This document shows, one piece after another, positions 52,793-63,520 of a DNA stretch of 64,000 nt (positions within the stretch are counted from its first letter, which is position 1; every line of letters begins with the position of its first letter). The DNA is taken from the NCBI GenBank assembly GCA_017399145.1, contig JAFQEG010000041.1, positions 3,323 to 67,322 on the forward strand, written 5' to 3'. Both the position numbers and the translations under genes were made by a program. The notes beneath the pieces are model-generated. The model worked only from the letters and a program-made list of their open reading frames with translations, was not told the origin of the DNA and made no database searches. The DNA comes from Clostridia bacterium. Its GTDB lineage: Bacteria > Bacillota > Clostridia > Oscillospirales > CAG-272.

Positions 52793-53791
52793 CTCAACCA
52801 ATACTTCCATTATTTGAATAGCATTAGTAGCCGCACCCTTGCGCACTTGGTCACCACAACACCATAGCGCAATCGCACCCTCGTTTACAAGGTCTTGTCT
52901 AATTCTACCAACGAATACAAGGTCTTGGTCAGAGGTTACAAGTGGCATTGGATATACCTTGTTAGCTACGTCATCGTAAAGCTTACAGCCCTTTTCCTTA
53001 GCGATAGCCTCCTTAACTGCCTCAACAGTTAGCTTATCCTCGGTAATAACTGTAACGGAAATAGAGTGTGAGCGAACAACAGGAACTCTTACACAAGTGC
53101 AAGTAACCTTTAACTCAGGCAAGTGCATAATCTTTCTGCCCTCGTTTTGCATCTTCATTTCCTCAGTTGTATAGCCATCATCATTAAATGAACCGATTTG
53201 TGGAATTAAGTTTTGAGCAATTTGGTATTGGAATACCTTGTTTTCAATTTCGCCACCGTTTACGATAGCCTTCATTTGGTTTTCAAGCTCAACAGGACCC
53301 TCAGCGCCTGCACCACTTGTTGCTTGATAGGTTGATGCAATCATACCCTTAATTTTAGAAAGCTTGTTAATAGCATTTACAGCAACAAGAGTAATAATTG
53401 TAGAGCAGTTAGGGTTAGAAATAATACCCTTGCTTTTCTTTGCGTCCTCAGCATTTATTTCAGGAACAACTAGTGGAACGTCATCGCACATACGGAAGGC
53501 GCTTGAGTTATCAATAAACTTAGCACCAGCCTTAACGATATGAGGAGCAAGCTCCTTGGCAACTGCATTAGAAGCAGCACCTAAAACAAAATCAAGACCC
53601 TCAAATGCGTTTGGTTCAGCAAGCTTAACCTCAATCTCCTTGCCCATAAATTCAAGCTTCTTACCAACACTACGTGGGGAAGCAAGAAGTCTTAATTCAC
53701 CAATAGGGAAATTTCTTTCCGCCAAAACCTTCATCATTTCACGGCCAACAGCACCTGTTGCACCAAGAATACCAACATTATACTTTTTCAT
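52787..53791 (-). CDS. asd: Aspartate-semialdehyde dehydrogenase
   Basis: GATGAVG and NPNCSTI (active-site Cys); 334 aa. Confidence 0.93.
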   Translation of the reverse strand: MKKYNVGILGATGAVGREMMKVLAERNFPIGELRLLASPRSVGKKLEFMGKEIEVKLAEPNAFEGLDFVLGAASNAVAKELAPHIVKAGAKFIDNSSAFRMCDDVPLVVPEINAEDAKKSKGIISNPNCSTIITLVAVNAINKLSKIKGMIASTYQATSGAGAEGPVELENQMKAIVNGGEIENKVFQYQIAQNLIPQIGSFNDDGYTTEEMKMQNEGRKIMHLPELKVTCTCVRVPVVRSHSISVTVITEDKLTVEAVKEAIAKEKGCKLYDDVANKVYPMPLVTSDQDLVFVGRIRQDLVNEGAIALWCCGDQVRKGAATNAIQIMEVLVEE

Positions 53792-55119
53792 TATTCCTCA
53801 ACCTCGCTTAAATTATATAGAACTCTTATAGTTTTCTTAAAGTTTGCATTATCAACACCGATAATAATATTAATCTCGTCAGCGCCTTGCTCAATCATCT
53901 TAATATTGATATCGTTTTCACCGAGTGCGCTAAAAATCTTACCTGCAATACCAACGTTTGCTTGAAGCTTTCTACCAACGATAGCAATCAAGCTAATTTC
54001 GTTATCAATCTTAATAGAATCTGGTGCAAGTGCAGTATTTAGTGCAGAGATAAGCTCGTGCATTGAGCTTTCAATATGAGAGGAAGCCACAACAACAGAG
54101 AAGCTATCAATACTACTTGGAATATGCTCAATTGGAACACTAAAGCGCTCAAACACCTCAAGGGCACGTCTTACGTAACCAATTTCCTCATTCATTCTAT
54201 TCTTAGCAATAGTAATAATAGAATAGTTCTTCTTGCCGGAAATACCTGTGATAAAATGAGCATTTTTGCTTTCTGCATCGTCATCAAATGCCTCCATAAT
54301 AAGAGTACCACGAGCATTCATATCGTTTGTATTCTTAATGTAAAGAGGAATATTCTTTTGACGAACAGGGAAAACTGTTTCCTCGTGAAGCACCTCAGCA
54401 CCCATATAGGAAAGCTCACGAAGCTCAGCAAAGGTAACGTTTTCAATAGGTCTTGGATTGTCAACAATTCTTGGGTCGGCAGTCATAATACCTGAAACGT
54501 CAGTCCAGTTTTCATACATATCTGCATTAACCGCAGCTGCCGCAATAGCACCGGTAATGTCGGAGCCACCACGAGAGAAGGTCTTAACGTTTCCATCAGG
54601 AGTTACACCATAGAAGCCAGGAATAACAACTCTAGGATTGTTTTCAATTATATCGGAAAGTGCCTTGTAGGACTTTTCGAAATCAACCTTACCGTTGAAA
54701 TTAAAGTGTAGCCAATTTGTGCTATCAATAAAGGTGTAGCCAAGATATTCAGCCATAAGCTTGGCGTTTAGATATTCACCACGGGAAACAATGTAATCAA
54801 CGCTTGTTTTCTTGTTAAGCCTTGACTTAATCTCCTCAAAATCGCTTTCAATATCCTGTGTAAGACCACAATGCTTGTGAATTTGACGATATCTTTCCTT
54901 AATCTCATCAAAAAGAGTATCAAAGTTTGCGCTATACTTAATGTGTGCGTGTACAAGATACAAAAGGTCGGTAACCTTCATATCTCCACTATATCTTTTA
55001 CCGGGTGCGGAAACTATAACAATAGCTCTTGATGCATCAGCCTCAACAATTCTCTTTACCTTTTCAAAGGTTTCACCAGAGGCAAGAGATGAACCACCGA
55101 ATTTTAATACCTTCAACAT
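53791..55119 (-). CDS. Aspartate kinase
   Basis: VLKFGGSSL, C-terminal ACT-like region. Its stop overlaps the asd start (TAATG). Confidence 0.9.
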   Translation of the reverse strand: MLKVLKFGGSSLASGETFEKVKRIVEADASRAIVIVSAPGKRYSGDMKVTDLLYLVHAHIKYSANFDTLFDEIKERYRQIHKHCGLTQDIESDFEEIKSRLNKKTSVDYIVSRGEYLNAKLMAEYLGYTFIDSTNWLHFNFNGKVDFEKSYKALSDIIENNPRVVIPGFYGVTPDGNVKTFSRGGSDITGAIAAAAVNADMYENWTDVSGIMTADPRIVDNPRPIENVTFAELRELSYMGAEVLHEETVFPVRQKNIPLYIKNTNDMNARGTLIMEAFDDDAESKNAHFITGISGKKNYSIITIAKNRMNEEIGYVRRALEVFERFSVPIEHIPSSIDSFSVVVASSHIESSMHELISALNTALAPDSIKIDNEISLIAIVGRKLQANVGIAGKIFSALGENDINIKMIEQGADEINIIIGVDNANFKKTIRVLYNLSEVEE

Positions 55120-55122
55120 AAA

Positions 55123-56262
55123 TTATTCCTCAATACCTGCAACAAACATAGCAGGGTCCTTTTCTTGAATTTGCTTAGCAAGTGCGTGTGCTTTTGATAC
55201 ACTTAACTTGCTTGTAATATAGTAATTATAACCATCAATTACCTCATAGGTTGTATATGGCACGTCTAAAACAGACGTTGTCCTTATATAATATGCACGT
55301 AATTGCTTATCGTTATCAACATTTAGGCTTGTTTGCAACGGTTGAATATATGAACAGTTGCTCATAACATCAATTATATCCTGTGCCAAAGCATTACCGG
55401 TAGGATATTTACCAGCGCCTTGACCAAAAAATGAAAGACGACCAACGCTTTTGCCAAACAAGGTAATCATATTAAAGTTTTTGCAAACTGTACTTTCCGG
55501 CGCGCCAAGTGGAAGAATAGTAGGCTCAACAAAAACAGAAACAGAGTCCTTATCCTTAATACCAAAGCCCATATAACGAATAGTACCAAGCCTCTTGCAA
55601 ATGTAATCAATATCACACTTTTGAATGTATCTCATAGAGAATACGTCAACGTTTTCTTCCTTTATTATAGTATTAAAGGCAACGGAGGCAGAAATAGCAG
55701 TTTTTCTTGCCACGTCAAGACCATCAATGTCAGCCGAAGGATTAGCCTCTGCATAGCCTAGGGCTTGCGCTTCCTTTAAAACCTCGTCAAAATCTCTCGA
55801 GTCGGAAATCATTGCATCAAGAATAAAGTTTGTAGTACCATTCATAATACCCATAACCTTTGAAATCTCATCACAACGAACCGAGCGCCTTAGGTTATAA
55901 AGCCAAGGAATACCACCACCAACCGCAGAGGTGAAGCGAATTGTAACGCCGTTTTCAGTAGCAAGGTTGTGTAATTCCTCGTAATATTGACAAATTAGAT
56001 GCTTGTTTGAGGAAACAACGTGCTTACCAGCCTTAAGTGCCTTAACAACAATGGTGTGGGCAGGCTCAAGACCACCGATTGCCTCGGCAACAACAGTAAC
56101 CTCTTTATCATTTAATATATCATCGTAATTTGAGGTGAGCACAGAGCCAAGCTCCTCGTGAGGACGAATATCAAGCACCCATTTAACGTCGTACCCATAA
56201 TTTTTGAGTATTTCATAAGCGCCTGAGCCTACCACTCCGTAGCCCAAAATAGCGATTTTCAT
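55123..56262 (-). CDS. hom: Homoserine dehydrogenase
   Basis: MKIAILGYGVVGSG NAD-binding fold, and operon context with AK and asd. Confidence 0.85.
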   Translation of the reverse strand: MKIAILGYGVVGSGAYEILKNYGYDVKWVLDIRPHEELGSVLTSNYDDILNDKEVTVVAEAIGGLEPAHTIVVKALKAGKHVVSSNKHLICQYYEELHNLATENGVTIRFTSAVGGGIPWLYNLRRSVRCDEISKVMGIMNGTTNFILDAMISDSRDFDEVLKEAQALGYAEANPSADIDGLDVARKTAISASVAFNTIIKEENVDVFSMRYIQKCDIDYICKRLGTIRYMGFGIKDKDSVSVFVEPTILPLGAPESTVCKNFNMITLFGKSVGRLSFFGQGAGKYPTGNALAQDIIDVMSNCSYIQPLQTSLNVDNDKQLRAYYIRTTSVLDVPYTTYEVIDGYNYYITSKLSVSKAHALAKQIQEKDPAMFVAGIEE

Positions 56263-56366
56263 AAAAATTTTACCTTTCTGAGTGTTTTTCTTTCAAAAAC
56301 ACTTGTTTTTCTATGAGAGATAGTGTATCATATATCTTGTAAAAAATCAAGGGGGTATTTAAAAAA

Positions 56367-57863
56367 ATGTTATATTTAAGTACAAGAAATAATAAAATAT
56401 CAAAAAAACCATCTGAAGCAGTGCTTGAGGGCATTGCAAAGGACGGCGGACTCTATATGCCACATAGCTTTGAGGGAGTTGAATTTCCTTTGAAGGACCT
56501 AGAAAAAATGTCAAATAAGGAAATCTCTGCACAGGTAATTTCATTACTTTTCAAAAATGATGAAATGCTATCAAACCCAAAGGGCGAGCTAGCAGGCGCC
56601 TACGACCTTGTATCAAAGGCTTACGACGGAAAATTTGACGACGAGGACTACGCACCACTTGCTAAGGTAGCAGACGCTTACATAATGGAGCTTTATCACG
56701 GACCAACCTGTGCCTTTAAAGATGTTGCACTTCAGCTTCTACCTCAGCTTATTTCTTCAGCGAAGAAATCAACAGGCATGAAGGACGAAATCGTTATTCT
56801 TACTGCAACCTCAGGTGACACTGGTAGTGCTGCACTTAGTGGCTTTTCAAACGTTGACGGAATTAAAATTATAGTATTCTATCCAAGAAACGGTATTAGT
56901 GCAGTGCAAGAAAGACAAATGGTGTCGGTTGACGGCAAAAACACCTGTGTTTGCTCAGTAGGTGGCAACTTTGACGACGCACAAAGTGGAGTTAAAAACA
57001 TCTTTGCATCACTTGATTTACCAAAGGGGGTTGTGCTATCAAGCGCTAACTCAATTAACATAGGCAGACTTGCACCACAGGTTGCATATTACTTCAAATC
57101 ATATCGTGACCTGCTTTTAAATAAGGAAATCAAAATGGGCGAGCTTGTTAACTTCGTCGTACCAACAGGTAATTTCGGTGATATTTTAGCAGGCTACTTT
57201 GCAAAGAAGATGGGCTTACCAGTAGGTCAGCTTGTTTGCGCATCAAACACTAATAAGGTTTTGACAGACTTCTTTGAAAATGGTGTTTATAATAAGAATA
57301 GAAGCTTTTATATCACAAAATCCCCATCAATGGATATTCTTATTTCCTCTAACCTTGAAAGACTTCTTTACCTTGTATGTGGTGCAGAGAAGTGTGCTTA
57401 CTATATGAATGAGCTAAAGGAAAAGGGCGAATACAAGCTTGAAAAAGAGGAGCTTGACAAAATAAGAAACGAATTTGACGCAGGCTTCTGTGATGATGAG
57501 GAAACTCTTGAAACAATCAAAAAGGTATACGAAAACGAAAAGTACCTAATGGATACCCACACAGCTGTTGCTTGGAACGTATACGAAAAATGGCAAAAGA
57601 AAACAGGCAATAAGAATAAAACTGTTGTATTGTCAACTGCATCTCCTTACAAATTCTCATCTAGCGTAATGAACGCACTAGGTCAAGAGTATGGTAGCGA
57701 ATTTGATGCGGTAAACAAGCTTTACGAATACACAGGGGCTAAAATTCCAGGCTCACTTGTAAATATCGAGAGCAAGCCAATTGTACACACAGTAACCGTT
57801 GAAAAGGACGAAATGCTAAGCTTTGTTGACAAAATGGTCAACAAAAAGAAATGGATGGAATAA
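56367..57863 (+). CDS. thrC: Threonine synthase (long form)
   Basis: MLYLSTRN start and PLP-lysine region GPTCAFKDVALQ; 498 aa. Confidence 0.92.
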   Translation: MLYLSTRNNKISKKPSEAVLEGIAKDGGLYMPHSFEGVEFPLKDLEKMSNKEISAQVISLLFKNDEMLSNPKGELAGAYDLVSKAYDGKFDDEDYAPLAKVADAYIMELYHGPTCAFKDVALQLLPQLISSAKKSTGMKDEIVILTATSGDTGSAALSGFSNVDGIKIIVFYPRNGISAVQERQMVSVDGKNTCVCSVGGNFDDAQSGVKNIFASLDLPKGVVLSSANSINIGRLAPQVAYYFKSYRDLLLNKEIKMGELVNFVVPTGNFGDILAGYFAKKMGLPVGQLVCASNTNKVLTDFFENGVYNKNRSFYITKSPSMDILISSNLERLLYLVCGAEKCAYYMNELKEKGEYKLEKEELDKIRNEFDAGFCDDEETLETIKKVYENEKYLMDTHTAVAWNVYEKWQKKTGNKNKTVVLSTASPYKFSSSVMNALGQEYGSEFDAVNKLYEYTGAKIPGSLVNIESKPIVHTVTVEKDEMLSFVDKMVNKKKWME

Positions 57864-57881
57864 AAAAAGAGAGGCTTTGTA

Positions 57882-58319
57882 ATGATAAGTAAGTATCTAC
57901 TTGTTGATAAGGAAATTTTGCCCTCGTACTATGAAAAGGTAATAGAGGCAAAATCACTAATTAGCTCTGGTAAGGCAAAGGACGTGTCTGAGGCAAGCAA
58001 AATGGTTGGCATTTCAAGAAGTACATATTACAAGTATAAGGACTACGTTTTTGCACCAAATAGCGACACAGAGTGCCGAAAAGCGGTAATTTCCTTTACT
58101 CTATATCATAAATCAGGCATCTTGGGTGACGTTTTAAAAACACTTTCCGAAAAGGGTGCAAATATTTTAACGATAACCCAAAATCTTCCGGTAAACAAAA
58201 GGGCACACGTTGTAGTTTCAGTAGACGCATCTGCCGTTGTAGGCGACATAAATACAATAATTGATGCACTAAAGCTAATTGACGGTGTGTCTCACGTTAA
58301 GCTAGTAGCAATAGAATAA
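57882..58319 (+). CDS. pheB: UPF0735/PheB-like ACT-domain protein
   Basis: YLLVDKEILPSYYEKVIEAKSLISSGKAKDVSEASKMVGISRSTYYKYKDYVF plus a C-terminal ACT fold, as in B. subtilis PheB. Confidence 0.75.
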   Translation: MISKYLLVDKEILPSYYEKVIEAKSLISSGKAKDVSEASKMVGISRSTYYKYKDYVFAPNSDTECRKAVISFTLYHKSGILGDVLKTLSEKGANILTITQNLPVNKRAHVVVSVDASAVVGDINTIIDALKLIDGVSHVKLVAIE

Positions 58320-58326
58320 CGACACA

Positions 58327-58364
58327 GGGTCAAGCCATTTTAAAAAAGGCTTGACCCTTTATTT
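58327..58364 (+). terminator. Rho-independent terminator
   Basis: GGGTCAAGCC, 11-nt loop, GGCTTGACCC, then TTTATTT. Confidence 0.75.
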
Positions 58365-58415
58365 GTGCAAAAGGTAGAATTGTTAAAAAATAGTAGGACT
58401 TTGTCTAATATTATA

Positions 58416-58444
58416 TTGACTTTTTAACAATAAAGTGATAGAAT
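58416..58444 (+). promoter_or_regulatory. Sigma-A type promoter with extended -10
   Basis: TTGACT (58416-58421), 17-nt spacer, TGaTAGAAT (-10 at 58439-58444). Confidence 0.6.
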
Positions 58445-58488
58445 AATAGTACAAATAAGTGCAAATTGCACTAAACAAGGAGAAATTT

Positions 58489-60420
58489 ATGAAAAAAAGC
58501 TTATTAGTAGCAGTGCTTGCTATTTTGTGCTTAACTCTTATTCTTTCCTTTACTGCCTGTGGTGGCGGTGGAAACGAGGGTGGCGAATGTGTTGAGCATA
58601 GCTACGGTGAATGGACTTTAGTTAAGTCCCCTTCCTGTACTGACAAGGGCTCTGAAAAGAGAGTTTGTACAGCTTGTCAATCAGAGGAAACTCGTGACAT
58701 TGAATCCCCAGGCCATGATTGGAATGATTGGGTTGTAGTTTCTGAACTTACATGTACAACAGATGGAAAACAGACAAGGTCCTGTAAGACATGTGGCGAA
58801 ACAGAAAATAAAACAGAGGTACACCTAGGACACAATCCAGTTGCAATCGTGCCCGAAAAGGCGCCAAGTGCAGTTGAGGATGGTAATAGTGCAGGCTCAA
58901 AGTGCTCTGAGTGTGGTGAGATATTTGAGGAATCACTTGTTTACCACAAGTACGCAAACGTAGCAAGCAAGGCAGAATGGTCAACAACCGGTAACGGTGA
59001 CTTCTGGGCTATCGATTGGACAAGACTATATGATGGAGATGAGCACACAGGCTCTAACTCACCAAAGGGTGGTAACTACTTTATCTATATGGATTACGAA
59101 AATCCAATGTACCTCAACGATTTCTATATCGTATGTAACGGTTATGGTTCATACAAGCCAGGTGTTGCTTCAACAACTGAAAATACATATAATGTAAAGA
59201 ATCTTAAAATAGTTCTTTACACAAAGGTTATCGACTCAGTAACAAGTGAGGTAACCTACAACGAGGCTTATTCAACTGAGCTAATAGACACGTCAAGCCT
59301 ACTAAGTGTAAGAATTTCTGAGTATGGATATAGTGATACGCTACTTATTTCAAGAATCGGTATTTATATCCAAGGCGGTCAATACAGTGGTGGCGAATAC
59401 CTATATGAGATAGATGCTTACGGCTCAACTCTTATCACAGTATGTGACAATGAGGGCTGTGACTGGGGTGACTGGGTAGTAACCAAGGAGGCAACATGCT
59501 CTAAGGAAGCTCTTACAAACGGCGAGGAAGCTCGTTCATGCTCAAGATGTGGCAAGACAGAAACTAAGACAATCGTAGCGGCTCACGATTGGAGCGATTA
59601 CGTGGAATACGAGGCAGCAAGCTGTGGTACAAACGGCTCAAAGGGAAGATATTGCTTAGTTTGTGATAAGGACGACGAGCTAGTTACAATTCCAATGCCT
59701 TATGACCACAAGTTCGGCGAGTGGTTTGGTGAAGGCTATAGCTGTACCGAGGGTGGTACAATGACAAGAACCTGTCAAAACGATGGCTGTGGCTTCACAG
59801 AAGAAAAGTTTGCTGAACCAGGTCAACACGTAAACGTAACAGTTGAGGGCTACGTAGCACCAACAACAGAGCAAGATGGTGCAACGGGCGTTGCAACATG
59901 TAATTCTTGTGGTACAGTAATTTACGAGAATAGAGTAATTTCTAAGATAGTAAACTATACAAGCACTGCCGAAGTAACTGTATTATCCGACTTTTGGGGT
60001 ATAAAAAACAATGGTGGAACAATTATTGATGGCAATCCAAATACCGGACTTGGAAATGATACAAGGACAACCTCACATGGTATAAGAATTACACTTGCTG
60101 AGTCTTCAGTAATAAACAAGATTATAATAGTAGTAAATAGCACAGGTAGCATTAAAGACCTAGGAACTGCAACCGAGCTTAGCCAAAATAATTATCAGCT
60201 TTCATTTAAATTGTTAAATGCAGCCGGTGAAGAGGTATTTACATCAGAAACCTTCCTTACCGAGGGCAAGGAAACAATCGAGCTAGAGCTTAATGATATA
60301 GAAGCTAAGACTATCGAGATTAATCGTTTCCAACAATCGTATGGTGGTTCAACAAACTGTGCATTGTGGGAGTTTACAGCACTTGGTGGCGGTAAAATCA
60401 TCGAAAACGAAGGAGAATAA
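58489..60420 (+). CDS. Lipoprotein with Cys4 modules and two galactose-binding-like (discoidin/F5-8C-like) domains
   Basis: AAGGAGAA RBS and ATG at 58489. Lipobox LSFTAC. Modules such as SPSCTDKGSEKRVCTACQSEETRDIESPGH and LTCTTDGKQTRSCKTCGETENKTEVHLGH. Domain ends ...YLYEIDAYG and ...ALWEFTALG. The listed start at 58459 has no RBS. Confidence 0.7.
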   Translation: MKKSLLVAVLAILCLTLILSFTACGGGGNEGGECVEHSYGEWTLVKSPSCTDKGSEKRVCTACQSEETRDIESPGHDWNDWVVVSELTCTTDGKQTRSCKTCGETENKTEVHLGHNPVAIVPEKAPSAVEDGNSAGSKCSECGEIFEESLVYHKYANVASKAEWSTTGNGDFWAIDWTRLYDGDEHTGSNSPKGGNYFIYMDYENPMYLNDFYIVCNGYGSYKPGVASTTENTYNVKNLKIVLYTKVIDSVTSEVTYNEAYSTELIDTSSLLSVRISEYGYSDTLLISRIGIYIQGGQYSGGEYLYEIDAYGSTLITVCDNEGCDWGDWVVTKEATCSKEALTNGEEARSCSRCGKTETKTIVAAHDWSDYVEYEAASCGTNGSKGRYCLVCDKDDELVTIPMPYDHKFGEWFGEGYSCTEGGTMTRTCQNDGCGFTEEKFAEPGQHVNVTVEGYVAPTTEQDGATGVATCNSCGTVIYENRVISKIVNYTSTAEVTVLSDFWGIKNNGGTIIDGNPNTGLGNDTRTTSHGIRITLAESSVINKIIIVVNSTGSIKDLGTATELSQNNYQLSFKLLNAAGEEVFTSETFLTEGKETIELELNDIEAKTIEINRFQQSYGGSTNCALWEFTALGGGKIIENEGE

Positions 60421-60421
60421 C

Positions 60422-60454
60422 AAAAAAGGCAACCGAGCAATCGGTTGCCTTTTT
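60422..60454 (+). terminator. Rho-independent terminator
   Basis: GGCAACCGA-gcaa-TCGGTTGCC hairpin followed by T5. Confidence 0.85.
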
Positions 60455-60468
60455 AACACATAAAATAG

Positions 60469-60496
60469 AAAAAGGCTACCCAGTGTAGCCTTTTTT
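60469..60496. terminator. Bidirectional terminator (serves the minus-strand ABC gene)
   Basis: A5, then GGCTAC-ccagt-GTAGCC, then T6. Confidence 0.75.
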
Positions 60497-60502
60497 CGAT
60501 AA

Positions 60503-63328
60503 TTATTCAGTTCTTAGTGCTATTACAGGGTCCTTCTTTGAAGCCATTGATGATGGCACAAGACCGGCAATAAGTGTAAGAGTCATACTGATAAGCACAA
60601 GGATTATTGCAGCACCAACGTCAAGTGCAGCCTTTAGGGTTGCAAGACCGGTTAGTGAGAATAGAATAATGTTTATAACAATATTCAAAAGCAATGTTGC
60701 ACCAATACCAATTACACCAGCAGTTAAGCCGATTATCAAGGTCTCTGCATTGAATACTCTTGAAATATCCTTCTTAGATGCACCGATTGCACGAAGAATA
60801 CCAATTTCCTTAGTCCTTTCAAGCACGGAAATGTAGGTAATAATACCAATCATAATTGAAGAAACCACAAGGGAAATTGAAACAAAGGCAATAAGCACGT
60901 AGGTTATAGCATCAACTATTGTTGTAATCGAGCCTATAAGAGTTGCAGCGGCATCGGAGTAAGAAATCTTGTCTGCATCCTCTTGCTTATCGTTGTAAAC
61001 GACCTTAATTTCGTTGTTTATTACTTCCTTAGCATCAAAATCCTTAGGATAGATAACAATTGATGACGGCTTTGTTAAATCAATATAGCCAACACTCTCC
61101 AAAACCTTATCCTGTGTCGGATTTTCAAGCATATAGTTTACAATTTTAAGAAGATTTTCGTCAGTTTCTCTTGCAAAGGTAAAGCCTGTTGCACCTCTTA
61201 TTGCGCTAATATGCTCACTTGTAAAGCCACCATAAGGCGCAGTATCTAAAAGATTGCTTAGATTATTACCAAGACCACTCTTTAGCGCAAGAATTTTTTG
61301 GTCGGTTGTCATCTTATCAAGATAAGCGCTAACCTGAGGATTCATTGCAAGAAGTGCGTCAATTCCAGTCATATCTGGCTCAACCTTTTCAAAGGGTAAG
61401 CCTGTGATAAGATTTATCTTATCGTTATTTTTCTGTGCCTCTATAACAGGACTATTATTTGAAAGAGTCATAATTTCCTTCATTAAGGCAGAGGTATAAC
61501 CGATTGAGCCAATTGTAACAGAGTCCTTGTTAGTAGGAGTAACAATACCTACAATCTTTACCCTTTTAGCAGTAGAATTTTCGGAAATTACAAATTCACC
61601 AAGATTATCTCTTTCCAATATCTCACCATTATCACCAAGATAAAATCTTTCAGAGTCTGGCAAAATCATAAACTCATATCCCAAAAGGTCAGAGGTTGAA
61701 AACTCAGGGGATTCAATCTTTGTCTTGTCCTTGTCCTCAAGGTCAGGATTCATTTGGTCAGCCACCCAGTTGCGAAGCTCTTGAAGATTTCTTATACCAA
61801 GAGTGTAGAGAATAAAGTCGGTTACTTGATTATACTGGTCAACAATTAATACAACCTCGTTTGTTTCCCCTTCCTTAGTTGGGAATCTACCATCAACAAG
61901 CTCATACTGTGTTTTAATGTGGTCAAGACTACCAACTAGCTCAGTCCAAGCGGCAGTACCCATCATATCCATAGATGCCATGCTACCACTCATGCTACCA
62001 AGACCAATTTCAGTCATAAGCTCGGATAGTCCACTTAAGTTTTCAAAGCTACCAACAACCACGCCTGTGTCGTTCTTAATAAGAGTAAAGGCGTTTAGCT
62101 TGGCATTATAAATATATTTAATATCCGTTGCACTGTCGGTAATAGTTGTATTATTATCAATGTATTCCTTAAGCTTTTCAAGGTTATTTTTTGTCAAACC
62201 GGTTGAAATAGCCTGCATAACGTCGGTCATAATGTTGTTAGAATAAATCTTATCCTTCTCAACGTCCTCACGACCCGTGTTTGACATTATAACCTCAAAC
62301 ATAGACATTGCGTCCATTGAGCTTTCATTAATTTGAATAGGGAATGAGGACATAGTGTCATTTTCAACACTAGCAATATAAGCATTAACACCGGTTGAAA
62401 CCGAAAGAATGAGTGCAATACCAATAATACCAATCGAGCCTGCAAAGGCTGTTAGGAAGGTACGACCCTTCTTTGTCATAAGGTTATTTAAGGAAAGTGC
62501 AAGGGCGGTAAAGAAGGACATTGAGGTTTTGCCTCGCTTTTCTCCTCTTTTTTCCTTTTTCTTTCCCTTGTGCTCAACCTTATTACCGTCCTTGTCGATA
62601 ACAGTAACGTCAGGGCTTACAACAACGGAGCTTCTATTTAAAGCACCCTCTGGCACAGGGTTAGAATCGTCAACCACGTTACCGTCAAGCAAATTAATAA
62701 TTCTTGTAGAATATTCCTTTGCCAAATCAGGGTTGTGAGTAACCATAACAACAAGCTTATCTCTTGAAATTTCCTTCAAAAGCTCCATAATCTGCACACT
62801 CGTTTCAGAGTCAAGGGCACCGGTTGGCTCGTCGGCTAGCAAAATGTCAGGATTGTTTACAAGTGCACGTGCAATAGCAACTCTTTGCATTTGTCCACCG
62901 GACATTTGATTAGGCTTTTTATTTATTTGGTCACCTAGTCCAACAGTTTCAAGTGCTTCAATAGCCCTTATTCTTCTTTCCTTTTTAGAAACACCGGAAA
63001 GAGTAAGCGCAAGCTCAACGTTTGAGAGCACAGTTTGGTGTGGAATAAGATTGTAGCTTTGGAAAATAAATCCGATAGAGTGGTTTCTGTACGTGTCCCA
63101 ATCTCTGTCCTTAAATTCCTTAGTAGATTTTCCGTTTATTATTAAATCGCCACTTGTATATTGGTCAAGTCCACCGATGATGTTAAGTAGAGTAGTCTTG
63201 CCACAGCCACTTTGTCCAAGAATGGAAACGAATTCGCTTTCTCTAAAATTAAGAGAAACGCCACGAAGCGCATGCACTGTGCTATCGCCTGTTACGTAGG
63301 TTTTTTTAATATTCTTTAACTGTAACAT
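60503..63328 (-). CDS. MacB/FtsX-type ABC transporter, fused ATPase and permease with a large extracytoplasmic domain
   Basis: MLQLKNIKKTY start (ATG at 63328-63326). Walker A GQSGCGKTT, signature MSGGQMQRV, Walker B LLADEPT. One TM helix, a ~480-aa external domain, then a C-terminal FtsX 3-TM bundle. The listed start at 63424 adds 32 unsupported residues. Confidence 0.88.
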   Translation of the reverse strand: MLQLKNIKKTYVTGDSTVHALRGVSLNFRESEFVSILGQSGCGKTTLLNIIGGLDQYTSGDLIINGKSTKEFKDRDWDTYRNHSIGFIFQSYNLIPHQTVLSNVELALTLSGVSKKERRIRAIEALETVGLGDQINKKPNQMSGGQMQRVAIARALVNNPDILLADEPTGALDSETSVQIMELLKEISRDKLVVMVTHNPDLAKEYSTRIINLLDGNVVDDSNPVPEGALNRSSVVVSPDVTVIDKDGNKVEHKGKKKEKRGEKRGKTSMSFFTALALSLNNLMTKKGRTFLTAFAGSIGIIGIALILSVSTGVNAYIASVENDTMSSFPIQINESSMDAMSMFEVIMSNTGREDVEKDKIYSNNIMTDVMQAISTGLTKNNLEKLKEYIDNNTTITDSATDIKYIYNAKLNAFTLIKNDTGVVVGSFENLSGLSELMTEIGLGSMSGSMASMDMMGTAAWTELVGSLDHIKTQYELVDGRFPTKEGETNEVVLIVDQYNQVTDFILYTLGIRNLQELRNWVADQMNPDLEDKDKTKIESPEFSTSDLLGYEFMILPDSERFYLGDNGEILERDNLGEFVISENSTAKRVKIVGIVTPTNKDSVTIGSIGYTSALMKEIMTLSNNSPVIEAQKNNDKINLITGLPFEKVEPDMTGIDALLAMNPQVSAYLDKMTTDQKILALKSGLGNNLSNLLDTAPYGGFTSEHISAIRGATGFTFARETDENLLKIVNYMLENPTQDKVLESVGYIDLTKPSSIVIYPKDFDAKEVINNEIKVVYNDKQEDADKISYSDAAATLIGSITTIVDAITYVLIAFVSISLVVSSIMIGIITYISVLERTKEIGILRAIGASKKDISRVFNAETLIIGLTAGVIGIGATLLLNIVINIILFSLTGLATLKAALDVGAAIILVLISMTLTLIAGLVPSSMASKKDPVIALRTE

Positions 63329-63520
63329 CTTAAATCCTTTCATTTTATGATATATAATTATAAAATCAATACAACCCTGTGTCAATAAAAAACAATGAAT
63401 TTTTTGTAAAAAATCACACAACACTCACACAAATATATTAAATACTTGATATTTATATATTATTATGATATTATAAATAGTAGAATAAACTAAACATTAA
63501 CAAAAAATTACGAGGTAATT

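Noticed and set aside
56263-56366. A possible T-box, riboswitch or attenuator between hom and thrC, including the hairpin AGTGTTTTT-ctttc-AAAAACACT.
   Set aside because: The divergent intergenic region is only 104 bp. That is too short for a T-box or lysine/SAM riboswitch, and the single hairpin cannot be assigned a role from sequence alone.
63329-63424. A 32-residue N-terminal extension of the ABC fusion protein, and likewise the 58459 start of the lipoprotein.
   Set aside because: The conserved ABC N-terminus MLQLKNIKKTY begins at the ATG at 63328. The lipoprotein signal peptide MKKSLL begins at 58489 behind AAGGAGAA. Neither extension has an RBS.
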